This document shows, piece after piece, positions 1-12,866 of a stretch of 64,000 nt of DNA (within the stretch, counting starts at the first letter, position 1; each line of letters starts with the position of its first letter). The position numbers and the translations under genes were made by a program. This DNA is from Leucoraja erinacea (Eukaryota), in contig NC_073408.1 in assembly GCF_028641065.1 (NCBI RefSeq), positions 14,322,001 to 14,386,000 of the forward strand, written 5' to 3'. The notes beneath the pieces were generated by a model, which did no database searches, was not told the origin of the DNA, and saw nothing but the letters and a program-made list of their open reading frames with translations.

Positions 1-681
1 TTTCAAGAGCTCTCCCGAGTTTAAAAAAAAATCGAACTCGTGGTAAGCATGGAGAATGAACGTAGCGGGTATGTCGGAGCTCGGGGGCGTCTCTTAGTGC
101 TAACGGCAAGTACTCGGGAAGACTTCTAACAGCAGGTAAGCATGGGAAGACTTGTGAAGATTTTTCAACATGATGAAAAATGTCCACGAGAGCCCCGAGT
201 ACCGACGAGTGGCCATTACTATAAATCTCCACGTTCGAATCAGGTTACAGGTATAAATTCACCATTTCAGTGAATAAAGTAATTGATAAATTGTGGCATT
301 GCACATAGTAAATTCATCTTATTTTCAAAGAATAAAAATAAGAAGAGCACTGTTCCGTAGCCTTCATGCAGTAAATTGTATCTGTGGTAACTTGTGATGG
401 GTCGCAACAAGAACCTCTCAAAAAGATTCTTCTCAAAATTTGGAAAATGTTATATCCTGTTTACTTTGAATCCATCCTAATTTATTTTAGATCTTCTTTG
501 AATAATTTTAATAATTCATATTAGAATTATCAAGCTTTTTTTTGTCACAAAGCTTTTGTTGCATGATATTTATCTGTGATAATAGGTAACAAATTGAAAT
601 GATTCGAAAAAAGGCCAAGCAACATTTAGTATTTAAGTAAAAAATATTATCCCAAATTAATTTGTTTAAAATATAAATTGC

Positions 682-1226
682 GATACTTAAATTTTGGAAA
701 AATACAACCACACCAACTGTTAAAATGTGGATTAGGAATATGATGGACATAGCACGCCTTGAAGAAATGAGACTCCGACTAATAGATAAATATGACCAAT
801 TCTTAAGGAGTTGGTCTCCTTTCATCGACTTTTTGGAATCATGTGATGCAGCGGTACCGTAAGGATTGCTGATTTCAGTTCATGACGCGGATAGATCTAC
901 ATCTCCGAATACAGATTTGAAAAATTCTCTTTTAAGGGGCCTTCTCTTCTATTTCTACTTTCCACTTTCTCTCTTCCTTTTTTTATTTTTTATATACACA
1001 CTTCACGTTTTTCTACTCTCTACCATCTATTTTTCCACTTTTTCCCCTTTCTATTATTTTCTTTTTCTTGTCCTGCTTACTTCCTTCTTATAACATAAAA
1101 CTAGAGGTTGTACATAGAATGGATTACGGTATTACATAGTTGGCACCTAAAATTAGGTTCCACTGTACTGTTTTGTGCTGTATTAACTTCTAATAAAATA
1201 AACACAAAAAAAATAAAAATAAAAAT
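682..1226 (+). mobile_element. 5'-truncated L1-clade LINE (ORF2 C-terminus, 3'UTR, A-rich tail)
   Basis: WKNTTTPTVKMWIRN...LEEMR...FLRSWSPF; target-site duplication (TSD) AAAATATAAATTGC at 668-681 and 1227-1240; absent from duplication unit 2. Confidence 0.8.
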
Positions 1227-3900
1227 AAAATATAAATTGCACACTATGCAAAGGATTTCTCTGATTGTATATCTCACTCCAAACCCAAAATGTTATGATA
1301 TTTTATTTATAGTTGAGATAAAATGATTAAAATTTAAAAATAGACAATTTGTAGTGAACTACTATTTTTTATTGTGGTCACCAGAGCTATACAAAAGGCA
1401 CATCCAGCTGCATACCACACAATGCTCTCACTTACAAATGCTGCAGTTAACCACATTGTACAACTGTAGCTCCAAACCAGGCCAAGCATAAGAACTGCAA
1501 GCGTAAAGCCACTGTCCCTTCCAATCTTTGCAAATTTCTTTTTTACTTTGGTTTCTTGTAACAGTTCACTGCACAAGCAAGCTGAAATGCGATTTCTTGT
1601 ATGAAGGCTGCTATTGTTCCATCCACTTTTTATTTCCTCTGTTCTTTGACAAGAACAACTTAGAGCGTAGAACACTGGGACTTTTCAAATCCTGCCCTAT
1701 TACACCATTTAATCTCTTTAAGATGGAAGAAATGATGTATCAATGGACCAATGCTATATTTCTGTGATTAAAATCCAATTTATTTGCTTCAGTGACTAGC
1801 AGGAAAAGCCAAAATCTGAATTAGCAGGATTACTTTAATCATAATTTCAAGATATTTTAAAATTCAAATCAATAACAAATATTTGTAAATTGTTTTATTC
1901 ATTTTTTAATTGCTACATAATTTTCTTTTATTTAAAATTTGGGACCTAGAATGCATGTAGGATTTTGATACTCAGCTATTTTTTAATAATTGATTTTTCA
2001 CTGAGTATCATCATTATTGGTGTAGAAATGCGACTTGATGTTTCAGTGCAAAATGGGTAGTATAGCATGAGATCGTCCCCAAACCAACCAAGATAATCTG
2101 ACCAATATTCAGTATATGTGTAGCTGATACATTAGCTCCCTTTTTTTGCTATTTCAGTGCAATTTTCTACTTTTGCATGTAAATAGTGTCAGATTTGCTG
2201 ATTTAAAACCTGTTGTGGCCATCCGCTGGCTGTTAGTCAAATTGCCCTCCAAATAAACAATACACCAAACCATAAAGGGTGGAACAGATAAGGTCATTGC
2301 CAGAGAATACAGGTTTTTACTAAATCCTAGTTGAGTTAGGAAACTCATCCAATGAGGAATGCAGAGCAGAAAGATGAAACCCAGTCAAGAAAACCATACA
2401 ATTTTCAGGGAGAAATGCGAAAAACCGAAATCTGGACCATCCTGTCAAAGATTGGAAAGTAAACCTGCTTTGATTTAGAGTAAGGACAATACAATGGCAG
2501 GCGATCTTTTGTCTTCTCTGAAGGCATTTATTAAACTCAGTTTATATTCACTTTTTGTAGGTGCAAGATATTGTAAATTTTAAAAGAAAATACTGCAACT
2601 GGATAAGCAGTGAAGGAGCAGAATTAGGCCAGTCTACCATTCAATCATGGCTGATTCATCTAACCCCATGCTTCCTAACCCCATTCTCCTGCCTTCTTCC
2701 AATAACTCCTGACACCCATACTAATCAAGAATATATCTATCTCTGCCTTAAAAATATCCACTGACCCGGCCTCCACAGTCCTCTGTGGGAATAAATTCCG
2801 CAGATTCACCACGCTCTGACAAATGAAATTTCTCCTCATCTCCTTCCTAAAGGACCATCATTTAATTCTGAGGCTATAACCACTAGTCCTAGATTCTCCC
2901 ACTAGTGGACACCTCCTCTCCACATCCACTCTATCCAGGCCCAAGTCAAACTTGCAGCTATGAACAAAATTTCCAAAATACATATGCTAAATATTCTCTC
3001 TTGCACGTTGCCCAGAATGAATTAGCATCGATAGATTCCTTCCCACATCAAGGTGGATGTATTTTGGACCCAATTTCCTCTAACCCTGGCCTGGTTTTGT
3101 AAAGCAGCATTTCATTTTTTCAGAAATCTGCGTGTTTAAATTTTCAGATCTATAGTTGTGGTGAAGTAATACTGTACATTTATGTTGAAACGATCTGGGT
3201 GATGAGAAATGTGGAGAACGAGTGGTCAGAACACATCACGCTTTGGTTAACAAAGGCCTGTTCATTGCACTCTAAATGTGCTGCAGTGGAAGGCAAGGCA
3301 TTCTGCTGTCTTGAGGATTTTTTTTTTTGGGTGATTCCAATGCACTCTTGAACAGGAAATGCATGGGGGATGGCGTATTTAGCCTTGAGTGAAGCAAGTG
3401 AAAAGAAATAGCAAAGCAGTGACAATAAAGAAACGCCAGTGATAAGATTCACAGCAGGAAAAATATTCCAATGGCATTGATGGCATTCAAGCTTCAATTT
3501 CACATATTCATTTAATAAACTGGGGGGCAGATAAACTGTCACGCAGCCTAATATCGAGAATCATATACGACTTGAAAAAGTCCAATCAAATCCAATCAAC
3601 CCAATTAAATCAAATTGACTCCACACATGTATTATCAGTCTGAAGAAGGGTCTTGACCCGAAACGTCGCCTATGCATTCTCTCCATAGATGCTGCCTCAC
3701 CTGCTGAGTTTCTCCAGCTTTTTTGTCTACCTGCTGTATTTAAAGGTCTCTTTTTTCCAAACAACTAAATTATTTTCAAAGTCATCATAAACTGTTAATA
3801 GCAAACAGAGAATTAGACTTTTTTTTTCTAAATTTAATCTAATCGAATTTCACTTCAAAACTTTCTTGCTGCTCCCCTTGTGAAATGTTATGTCACTCTC

Positions 3901-3947
3901 TCATAATTCAACTTGCCCTTTCATCCTTTTAACCGTTGCAGAGTTAA
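3901..3947 (-). CDS. Candidate cytoplasmic exon of gene A (VNSATVKRMKG, then either a GC donor at 3916 or read-through QVEL*)
   Basis: cttttatttag acceptor, open in phase 1; the homologous segment in B (~24139-24182) reads VNFAKVKRMKGKVE*. Confidence 0.35.
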
Positions 3948-4562
3948 CTAAATAAAAGGGCTTTTCCTTTCCAGTCTCTTAATGAACAATTCCACGTCCG
4001 GATGGCTTTGTGGAGAATTCATGCTGCACTTTTTCCAGAAATGAATGTCCTCTACAGAATTCCTCCCTAAGTTCAGTAGGTCAAACAAGTTCAAGATCAC
4101 TGCAGAGAAGTTCAAGATCATTTCCTTTTCTATTATAATGGTCAATAATTTTGAAAGACTCGTAGAGACTCAAAGAATTGTAGAAACCCCCCCCCCCCAA
4201 TGTCTCTAGAATGCAAAACAGAACATAGTTGCACTACTTGTTTTTCCACTTTGTTGTGCATCTCTTTACCTTAATTTAAATATTTCCCATAAAAAGTCTT
4301 AATTTTTATTTCCAAAAGGTGCTCACTCAAAATTTCTGCACTACTCCAACATACTAATCATATTTTAAAAATTTGCCTGTAATGTAGTTCCTGATTCCAA
4401 TTTTGAAAATGGCTTGCCAAGTTTTGTGTTTGTCTATGAATTAATAAATAATATTATTTTCAATTAGGACAGCACAGTGGCACAGCCATAGAATTACTGA
4501 CCAGAGACCCGGGTTTAATCCTGACTACAGGTGCTATCTACAGTATATAGAGTTTGTACCTT

Positions 4563-5119
4563 ACAGGGACTCGAAAGAGGGAGCACATATCGCCAATTCT
4601 GGCCTCCCTACACTGGCTCCCGGTGCACTTTCGAGTTCATTTTAAGATACTGTTATTTGTTTTTAAATCTCTGAATGGGCTTGCCCCGCCTTACCTCTCT
4701 GAGCTGCTCCACCCATACGCTCCTGCCCGGTCCCTCAGGTCAGCTGGTCAGCTGCTCCTGGAGGTACCAAGGTCTAGTCGGAGGCTCAGAGGGGATAGAG
4801 CCTTCTCTGTTGCTGCTCCGGCACTCTGGAACACCCTGCCGTTGCACATCAGACAGGCCCCCTCTCTGTCCATCTTCAAATCCAGTGTTAAAACACATTT
4901 GTACTCCCTGGCTTTTGACCATGCCTGAGGCTTTGCTTCTGTGTGTGGTGTTTTTGATGTTTCTTTATTTTACATGTCTTTTCCTACTATTTCCTTTGAT
5001 TGTTATTTTCGGTGTGTATTAACTTTTTTTTGTAAATGATTAGTGATGTACAGCACTTTGTTGCAGCTATGTTTGTTTTTAAAGTGCTCTATAAATAAAA
5101 TTATTATTATTATTATTAT
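4563..5119 (+). mobile_element. L2-clade LINE 3' fragment with (ATT)n tail, inserted into a SINE-like repeat
   Basis: HISPILASLHWLPV...LAPPYL...RAFSVAAPALWN; flanked by a TACCTT duplication. Confidence 0.85.
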
Positions 5120-5579
5120 TACCTTCTCCCTGTTACCGCATGGGTTTTCTCCTGGTGCTCTGGTTTCTTCCCACATTCCAAAGACGTAGGTTAATTGGCC
5201 TCTGTAATTTCCCCCCAGTGTGTAGGATGCAAAAGTGGGATAACAGGACTAGTGTAAGGGTGATCATTGCCCGGTGCTGTCTCGATGGGCTGACGAGCCT
5301 GTTTCCACGCTGTATCTCTAAACTAAACTAAATTCATTTTTGAAACCAGTGCATTGCTGCAAAATATTGAACAAGATCTTTCATGATCTTCTAACTTGAA
5401 ATGTAACACTTATTTAACCAAAGAGAGGCTTAGCCATGAAATTAACCCAACAAGCAACACACGGGATATCAAAACGGATTGTGAAATAACACGATTGATT
5501 GAAAACCACATTATTTTTCAGCTGCTATTGTTGTCGATTTGGTTAACACCTACAACCAACGATTTATTTTAAGTTTTAC

Positions 5580-5678
5580 CTTTCCGTTGCCTCTTGCAGT
5601 TCAGACAAACGTATATTATTGCCAAAATCATGGCAGCAGTTAGGGGGATCAGGACCAGAGCATAAAGAAAAGGATAAT
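5580..5678 (-). CDS. Gene A transmembrane exon DYPFLYALVLIPLTAAMILAIIYVCLNCKRQRK
   Basis: tttcacag acceptor, AAG|GTAAAA donor, 99 nt; uncharged hydrophobic helix followed by a basic stop-transfer segment. Confidence 0.9.
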
Positions 5679-5920
5679 CTGTGAAAGAAAATTCAAGATG
5701 TCAACTAAATGTAATGTTTCAGCTCTGAGAGACATAAAAAGTTTTTAAAAAGCACTGCAATCGTTTTACTTTATTTGACAGCAGCGTACATATTTCTTTC
5801 AATTCCAGAAGAGATATACTGCCATTAATAAACAAAAATGCAGCACTCTAATGTTTAATTTTGTTAAATCTACAATGGAAAAACACTATAAAATCAAAGC
5901 ATTTGAAGATGACAACGTTA

Positions 5921-6505
5921 CATACATAGACATAGAAAATAGGTGCATTAGTAGGCCATTCAGCCTTTCGAGCCTCCGTCATTCAATATGATCATGGCTG
6001 ATCATCCAACTCAGTATCCTGTACCTGCCTTCTTCCATACCCCCTGACTCCTTTAGCCACAAGGGCCACATCTAACTCCCTCTTAAATATAGCCAATGAA
6101 CTGGCTTCAACTACATTCTGTGGTTGATAATTCCAGAGATTCACCATTGGCTGTGTTAAAAATGTTTTTCTCATCTCAGTCCTAAAAGATTTCCCCTTTA
6201 TCCTTAAACTGTGACCCCTTGTTCTGGACTTCCCCAACATCGGGAACAATCTTCCTGCATCTAGCCTATCCAACCCCTTAAGAATTTTGTAAGTTTCTAT
6301 AAGATCCCTCCTCAATCTTCTAAATTCTAGCGAGTACAAGCCAAGTCTATCCAGCCTTTCTTCATATGAAAGTCCTGACATCCCAGGAATCAGCCTGGTG
6401 AACCTTCTCTGTACTCCCTCTATGGCAAGAATGTCCTTCCTCAGATTAGGAGACCAAAACTGTACGCAATACTCCAGGTGTGGTCTCACCAAGACTCTGT
6501 ACAAC
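5921..6505 (-). mobile_element. CR1 LINE 3' fragment (only in unit 1)
   Basis: LVRPHLEYCVQFWSP...VQRRFTRLIPG...LYSLEFRR; absent from B at ~26000. Confidence 0.9.
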
Positions 6506-6664
6506 TTTAATATATATGATTTGTAAAATAAATAAAATATTACAATTGATCAATCACTAAGATCAATAAAAAAGACATTGAACTAATTAAGCTGAGGTCT
6601 AAGAATGATTCTACCTCAATGAACATTGTTAGCTGTGCACATGTATAATTACATTTCTATTTAC

Positions 6665-6982
6665 CTTTCTGTTTTGTGTTTATCGAGATACTTCTGTTTC
6701 TCCAGCCGTAGTCGTTTTTTGCCATGCACCAATACATTCCTTCATCTTTACGCTGGAAACGTGTCCATTCTTTTGAACTGTTGAACCCGACTCCAGTTTG
6801 CAACGTTACATTATGATTCTCCGTGGCATTTGTCCAGAAAACAGTAGACACCGGATTACTATCTACGCGACAATTCAGTTCCAGGAATGAATCAGCAGCA
6901 ACAAAGATGATGCTATCATTGATCAGTCGAAAAGTATCCACTGCTTTCAACCTGTATGTTATTAATAGATCTTGTGGTCCAT
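6665..6982 (-). CDS. Gene A I/C2-set Ig domain exon
   Basis: ccgttag acceptor, G|GTAAAT donor, 318 nt; motifs YGP, LNCRVDSNP, W, DEGMYWCMAKNDYG. Confidence 0.93.
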
Positions 6983-8346
6983 CTAACGGTAAAGATAATG
7001 TACACTTTATTGTAGATTAAAGCAATGTGAAAAGAATTAACATGCAAGTAGACACAGAACAGCTATTCACAATCAAACTTTGCACTTCTGAAAGCTAATC
7101 ATTCTCAAGGGACCTCAGTATAACTCGGACTGCCACTGAAGCCAAGTTGGAAAGAATCCGATACGTAACAAAAAGCTAAGATTGTTCTTGTCTATGGAGA
7201 GTGAGGGATTGATGCGGAGAGGAAAGTGAATGCTAGAGTGAATGCTAGAGCTTAATGAACCATTTGCATGATGAAAGTTGAGATTCTTCGACATTACGAC
7301 TGGAGAAATGTAGCATTGTTCGAGGGTTATACAGCTGGTAGTAGAGAAATGAAGTGTTTGGTAAACGTAGCAAATGGAGGTCCAAATTCCTAGGGAATAT
7401 TGTTGGTGTGGCCATGAATAGAGGAGTTGATATTGAAAACAAAGTTAATGTAGGACAGAGGGCTATGAACTCAAAGACCTAAGGTTAATACAGGTACATA
7501 AGACGGGCATTGAAAATAGCGAGAAGAAGATACCACTCATTGCAAAAGCTTGCAGAGAAGAATCAACTTTTGTTGGTAGAGAAAGAGAGATATGAAGTCT
7601 AAACAAGCAGAGATGCAAACGGGTGAAGTGTTACAGGAGATGGTGGTGGTGAAAGGTTTGGTGAAAGGGAGCCTAGAACCTCTGTGAGACCGTAGCCAAG
7701 AAGTTTGGAGAAGGAGCAATTAGTTATACTTGAAATACTTGAAATACTTTTATCAATGCACACACGCACAATGAGGACTTAGATGGCAAAAGTCCAATTC
7801 TAAAATAAATAGGATAGAACATGAATATGGAAGGGAGAGGGATGATGAATATTGATCCACCCTGTAAATGTCATAAACTCTGATTGCGAAGGAAGGTTAG
7901 CAGGATTAGCTTTTAAGATTGCCTCAGTGGAGATGGGGAGACACACACATAGGATTACCAAGAGATATCTATAAATAAGCTTCAAACTGAACTGAGAATG
8001 ATTCAAATCTGGGAAATAATCATCATAGTTAGAAGACAATTAGGGGCAGATTAATTAAAAGCAATTGAGAAAGGTGCATTGAAAGTTTGGGTCTGAGTAA
8101 CAGGACAAGAGAGGAAGGCAAAATAGAAGAAACCAAGAACAATACAAATGAGAGAAAATGTAAGTGATAAAACTAATGGAATGGGTCAATGAGCAGGTAA
8201 TGTAGATGCAGAAGATGTTCAGTTACACTGGTATAGATGGTGATGTACAGTGCATTTCAGTTATAACACAACGATGTGCATACAATAAGAATTCAAAGAT
8301 TAGCAATACAGTGAATACCACTTCAAAAGTTATAGATGATACTTAC

Positions 8347-8637
8347 ACATAATATTTAGTTTGATCGTATTTACAGCTGGCCGTCTAAAAATGGAATGAT
8401 TAATCTGACAACTGCAAACAGTTCCATTGTCTTCCACTCTTGGGACAATCTTGTAATGACTGGTGGCAACTAGTGTGCCATTCCTGTCTCTTTCAAAAGT
8501 TGGTGCAGTGATAATTGTAGAAGTGCATGTCCATGTAAAGGAGATATCCTTGTCGTACAATCCCTTGCCAGTGCAGGTTAGAGTGGATTCATGACCAGCA
8601 ACCAAAGTATCACTCCGTATATACATTTCTGGAAGAT
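8347..8637 (-). CDS. Gene A C1-like Ig domain exon
   Basis: tctcag acceptor, T|GTAAGT donor, 291 nt; motifs LTCTGKGLY..ISFTW, DRNGT, CQINH. Confidence 0.92.
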
Positions 8638-9013
8638 CTGAGAGAAGATAAAGCATAAAGTATTAAACTATATATCACACATTTCAATGTTAGTGAAACT
8701 TACTGACACAGTAAGTTGTCCAAAATTCTGCTCTATATTCATAGAATATATGTTAAATTAATGATGTAGAATTATAAAATAATATAGCCCTTCTTTAGCT
8801 GAGACGCATCAAGGATCAAATATATGCTGGACCATTATAATATTACTCCATGGTCCTGGCAAAATGAGATCATGTATATCCAACAGACTCACAGTCTTTT
8901 GGTTAGTATTGGCGATACTCGTAATGCACAATAATGCACAGTAAAACATTTCAGTGAGAGACTAGTGGTAACTTGAGTTAATGATAATCACTGTAGAAAG
9001 TTATGGTGTAGAA

Positions 9014-9247
9014 CAAGAGATCCCAACCTGGGATAAATTTACCCCAGAGGGTAAATTTCGCCTACCCAGGGAGTAAATTTGTTGAGTCTGGATTTTGTAC
9101 ATATTTTTTCTCATTGACTGACTGTGTTTGGTTCTGGCATACCGGTATTTGTTCATCATTAGTTGTTCATATATAAGTGAAATAACATTGTTATGTGCTA
9201 TTAAAGTTGCCAGTGGTAATCGGGATGAAAATGGTTGAGAACCCCTG
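9014..9247. mobile_element. hAT/Charlie-type miniature inverted-repeat element (MITE); paralog at 29041-29275
   Basis: Imperfect terminal inverted repeats (TIRs) CAAGAGATCCCAACC / GGTTGAGAACCCCTG; 8-bp TSD GTGTAGAA/GTGTAGGA. Confidence 0.7.
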
Positions 9248-11513
9248 GTGTAGGAGATTTATTGAATACATGCTGCTCTAAAACATACGTTAAATTTACT
9301 CTCACTTCTCAAGTTCAAAGCCCTGTAAGTGATGCACTTCAAGTGCTCATTCAGGTACATGAAATTTGGTGAAAATTTCTACTTCTTTTACCCATTCTGG
9401 TGATGAGTTCCAGTCACTGCCACTGATTAAGTGAATTTATTTGTTTAAGAATGAATTGCAGATGCTGGAAAATCAAAGGTGCACATAAATGCTGGAGAAA
9501 CTCAGCGGGTGCAGCAGCATCTAGGAGCGAAGGAAGCTTCATAGATGCTGCTGCACCCACTGAGTTTCTCCAGCATTTTTGTGTACCTCCGAGTGAATTT
9601 ATTTGTTCACAACATCAACCCAATTCTTCTACCAGCTAAATTACATCTATGCTTCTAAGTTACTCCAGGCAACAAGATCCAAGTCCTTTCTGGTTTGTGT
9701 GTTGAGACCTCACGTAATTTAATGCACTGCAATTTAATTGCTCCTCAGACTAAATTGGTGCAAACAAAGGTGACCAAGGCAGTCATATAATTTCCAACCG
9801 CTTAGCACCCTGCTCTACTCTTTTCTCACCCATAGCTATGTGGCTAAGCATAGCTCCAATGCCATCTATCAACTCAACCATTGTGGTTAGCTGAATTATG
9901 GGTGGTGATCAGTCAGTGTGCAAGAGAGAGAGATGGAACAACTGGTTGAGTGGTGCTGCAACAACAAACTCTCACTCAAGGTCAACAAAACAAAGTAGCA
10001 AACCATTGACTTTGGAACGGTGAAGTCGGGCGACAACATGCAGTTTTTAAGATTGGGTCAATGGTGGAATGAGTTAGCAACTTCAAATTCCTGGATGATA
10101 ACATCTCAGATGACCTCTCTTAAGCAGAGCACATAGCTGTAATCATGAAAAAGATCTACCACTGCCTCTACTTTGTTAGAAGTTTAAAAAGATTTGGCAG
10201 GTTATGCAACATGCAAAGAAACTTCTACTGATGTACTGTAGGAAGTATTCTGACTGGTTGCATCTTGGGCTGCTATGGAAATTTCAATGCATAGGAACTC
10301 AAGAGGCTAGACTCAGCTCAGGCAATCACAACCACAGGCCTCCCCACCTACATGCCTCAAGATGGTGGCATCTATTATCTCTCCATCCAAGCCTTGCCCT
10401 CTTCACACTGTTACCATAGGGCAAGGTATAAAAGCCTAGAGTATCACACCACCAGGTTCAGAAACCACTACTTTCCTACAACTTTTTTGAACCAACCCAC
10501 ACGACCCCAATCCTTCCACGACAATGGAACACCATGGACTTGTTTGTTTTACTTATTGTGTTTTACAGTCTTCTTCCATTTTTTAGTCTTGTAGAATTTT
10601 ATGTGATTAAATGTGATTATGTAATAAATTTACTTATAATTTATGTTTCTGTGTGCAGATTTTTGTTGCACCTATACCTCACCGTTCTTGTGCCAATGAC
10701 AATAAACAGCTTGACTTGGCTGAGCTCTGTTTCCATTAATTCTTAGTACAAGAAGTGAACTCCCCTTAAAATGTTCCCTTCCATGCACCATCCCTATCTA
10801 CCCACCATTGCTCACTCTGGGAAAGAGCTGCCAATTGCTATCCATTTCAATTTGCTTTTCCATTCCCATACTGACCTGTCATCCCTTCCTCCATTGGCAG
10901 ATTGAGATCTATCACAAACTGAATCCTAACTGAATGCAGTCAAGCAAACTATCTCAAAGAGTTATTTTTTTAACTGTTGTAAAACCAGCTCATCCTTTGG
11001 TATGGACAGAATAGAATGTGAAAAGAAAGAGAAATGGAGCAATATTGTCACTGTTGGTATTCATATACGATTTAAGATCAAATGAGACAACGCAACAGAA
11101 TCACAAGCCGTGTATTACTAAAAAAAGCTGAAAACACCAACCTTGAAGTACCTCTGTGAAACATGGAACTGCAGATTCTGGTTTACAAAAGAAAGAGTGC
11201 TGGAGTAACTCAGCGGGTCAGTCAACGTCTCAGGGGAACATGGTCTGAAGAAGGTCTAGACCAGATATGTTCTCCTGGAATGCTGCCTGACCCATTGAAT
11301 TGCTCCAGCCCTTTGTGTCGTCATATGCCTTATTAATTTAGTTGAAACGAAAAGTGTTCATGTCATCTTATTTCTAATTGGGTCTGCTTGGTATTATGTC
11401 TGTTAAAGTATCTGTAAATGGCTTGGTTCAAATGTCACTGCGTTTAACATTATTGATTTCATAAACATAAAGTGGCGAGACTGGAGATCATCATAGTATT
11501 ACAAATACTTTAC

Positions 11514-11861
11514 CATAAACCTGTATTCGTGTTCCTTGGCCCTTTTCATGAACTGGAGGGAAGACATTTGGTACCTTCACCTCACAAATGTAGTCGTAAA
11601 CAGATTGATCAAACGATACATTTTCAATCTTCAGTGATACTGTACAGTTGTTGAAACCACGCCAGAGGGGGTGAGGAATGCAGACCGAGTTGTTCGTGTT
11701 GTAAGTAACATCATCCTCTCTAGGCGATTTCCGATACCATGAAACGCGGAGCCAGGCATTCACACTTCCATTATAACTAAACGTACAGTTTAACGTGACG
11801 GACTCGCCTCTCCACACCTTGACCAGACGTGGCTGGATCAAATTTGCGATTAGCGGAACTC
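11514..11861 (-). CDS. Gene A V-set domain exon with J-like GQGTRIQV
   Basis: ttttccaccag acceptor, G|GTAAAG donor, 348 nt; motifs VTLNC, VSWYR, LKIENV, YIC, GxGT. Confidence 0.95.
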
Positions 11862-12617
11862 CTGGTGGAAAATAAATACATTTGTCAATGATACTCCCGT
11901 TAGTAGTTCAATAAACATTCACTTTACACACTGAACGAGGGATTGGTTTTCTAACGGAAACAATACTTAAAAGAAACGCATTCAAATCTGACGTTTTCAA
12001 ACAACGATTCTCGATTCCATGATGGTTGCAAATGCCTTCTCTCAGCAGATTCGGTGGCAGGTGGCACCGTGATATTTGGACGCTAGAAAAGACACAAGTG
12101 GCTGGAGTAACTCGGCGGGTCAGGAAGCATCTCAGGAGCACATGGATGAGATGATTTTTCAAAGTCTGGAAAAGGGTCCCGACCCGAAACGCCTCCTATC
12201 CATGTTCTCCTGGGATGCTGCCTGCCTGACCCGCTGAGTTGCTCCAGCACTCTGTGTCTTCACTTGCAAACCAGAATCTGCTGTTCTTCGTTTCTACACC
12301 TTCGTAAGATTCTTGCTTTGTGCTCTCTGATGGAGTTGTAGTGACCGAATTATATCTCAAATGTTTTAACTATTTGAATCTTTGCAGGCAATCGCAGTCA
12401 ATGAAGATGCAAAACTTGTATTCCAACATTAAACATATAGATTAAATGGAGACTAAATATTTTGAAGGGTTTCTCGGCCTTTGAGCAGAGATATTAATCG
12501 ACTTGCTGTTTTAATAACAGACTCGCTCCTGAACTACCTATCGATTCAATATGCCACATAATGTAGATCCTCATCACGGCTCCTTGGTCCACAGATTGTC
12601 CGATCAACATAACTTGC

Positions 12618-12666
12618 CTTGTGTTCCTGCATGCAGGATGAAAAGCAGCTTCAGGAGGAGTTGCAT
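12618..12666 (-). CDS. Gene A leader exon MQLLLKLLFILHAGTQ(G)
   Basis: ATG followed by a hydrophobic signal peptide; ends AAG|GCAAGT (GC donor, phase 1); conserved in copy B. Confidence 0.8.
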
Positions 12667-12826
12667 CTTTGCCCGGTTCTGACCGGCCCTGGAAATGTTA
12701 AACTCTCCGCCCGCGGGGTCAGCTCCAATCGTGCAAATGTTAAGTGAGGATGATCCGTCCGCTGTGAACTCGCATCGCAGACGGAGAATATCAGAGACTG
12801 TGAAATGCCAGAGGGTGTACTGAGCA

Positions 12827-12866
12827 GAGGAAGTTACGTTCGAGCCGAAGGAAGTTTTCACTTTCC
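12827..12866 (-). promoter_or_regulatory. ETS/PU.1-like (GAGGAAGT, AAGGAAGT) and ISRE/IRF-like (GGAAAGTGAAAAC) motif cluster upstream of gene A
   Basis: 160-200 bp upstream of the ATG; identical in B (32321-32360). Also TATAAAAG on minus at ~13030 and CAGGAAGTG at ~13110. Confidence 0.45.

Larger units (their letters stand above)
5580..12666 (-). other. IgSF receptor gene A (leader-VJ-C1-I/C2-TM; cytoplasmic exons unresolved)
   Basis: Five exons joined by phase-1 junctions splice into one open frame: 49+348+291+318+99 nt. Confidence 0.9.
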
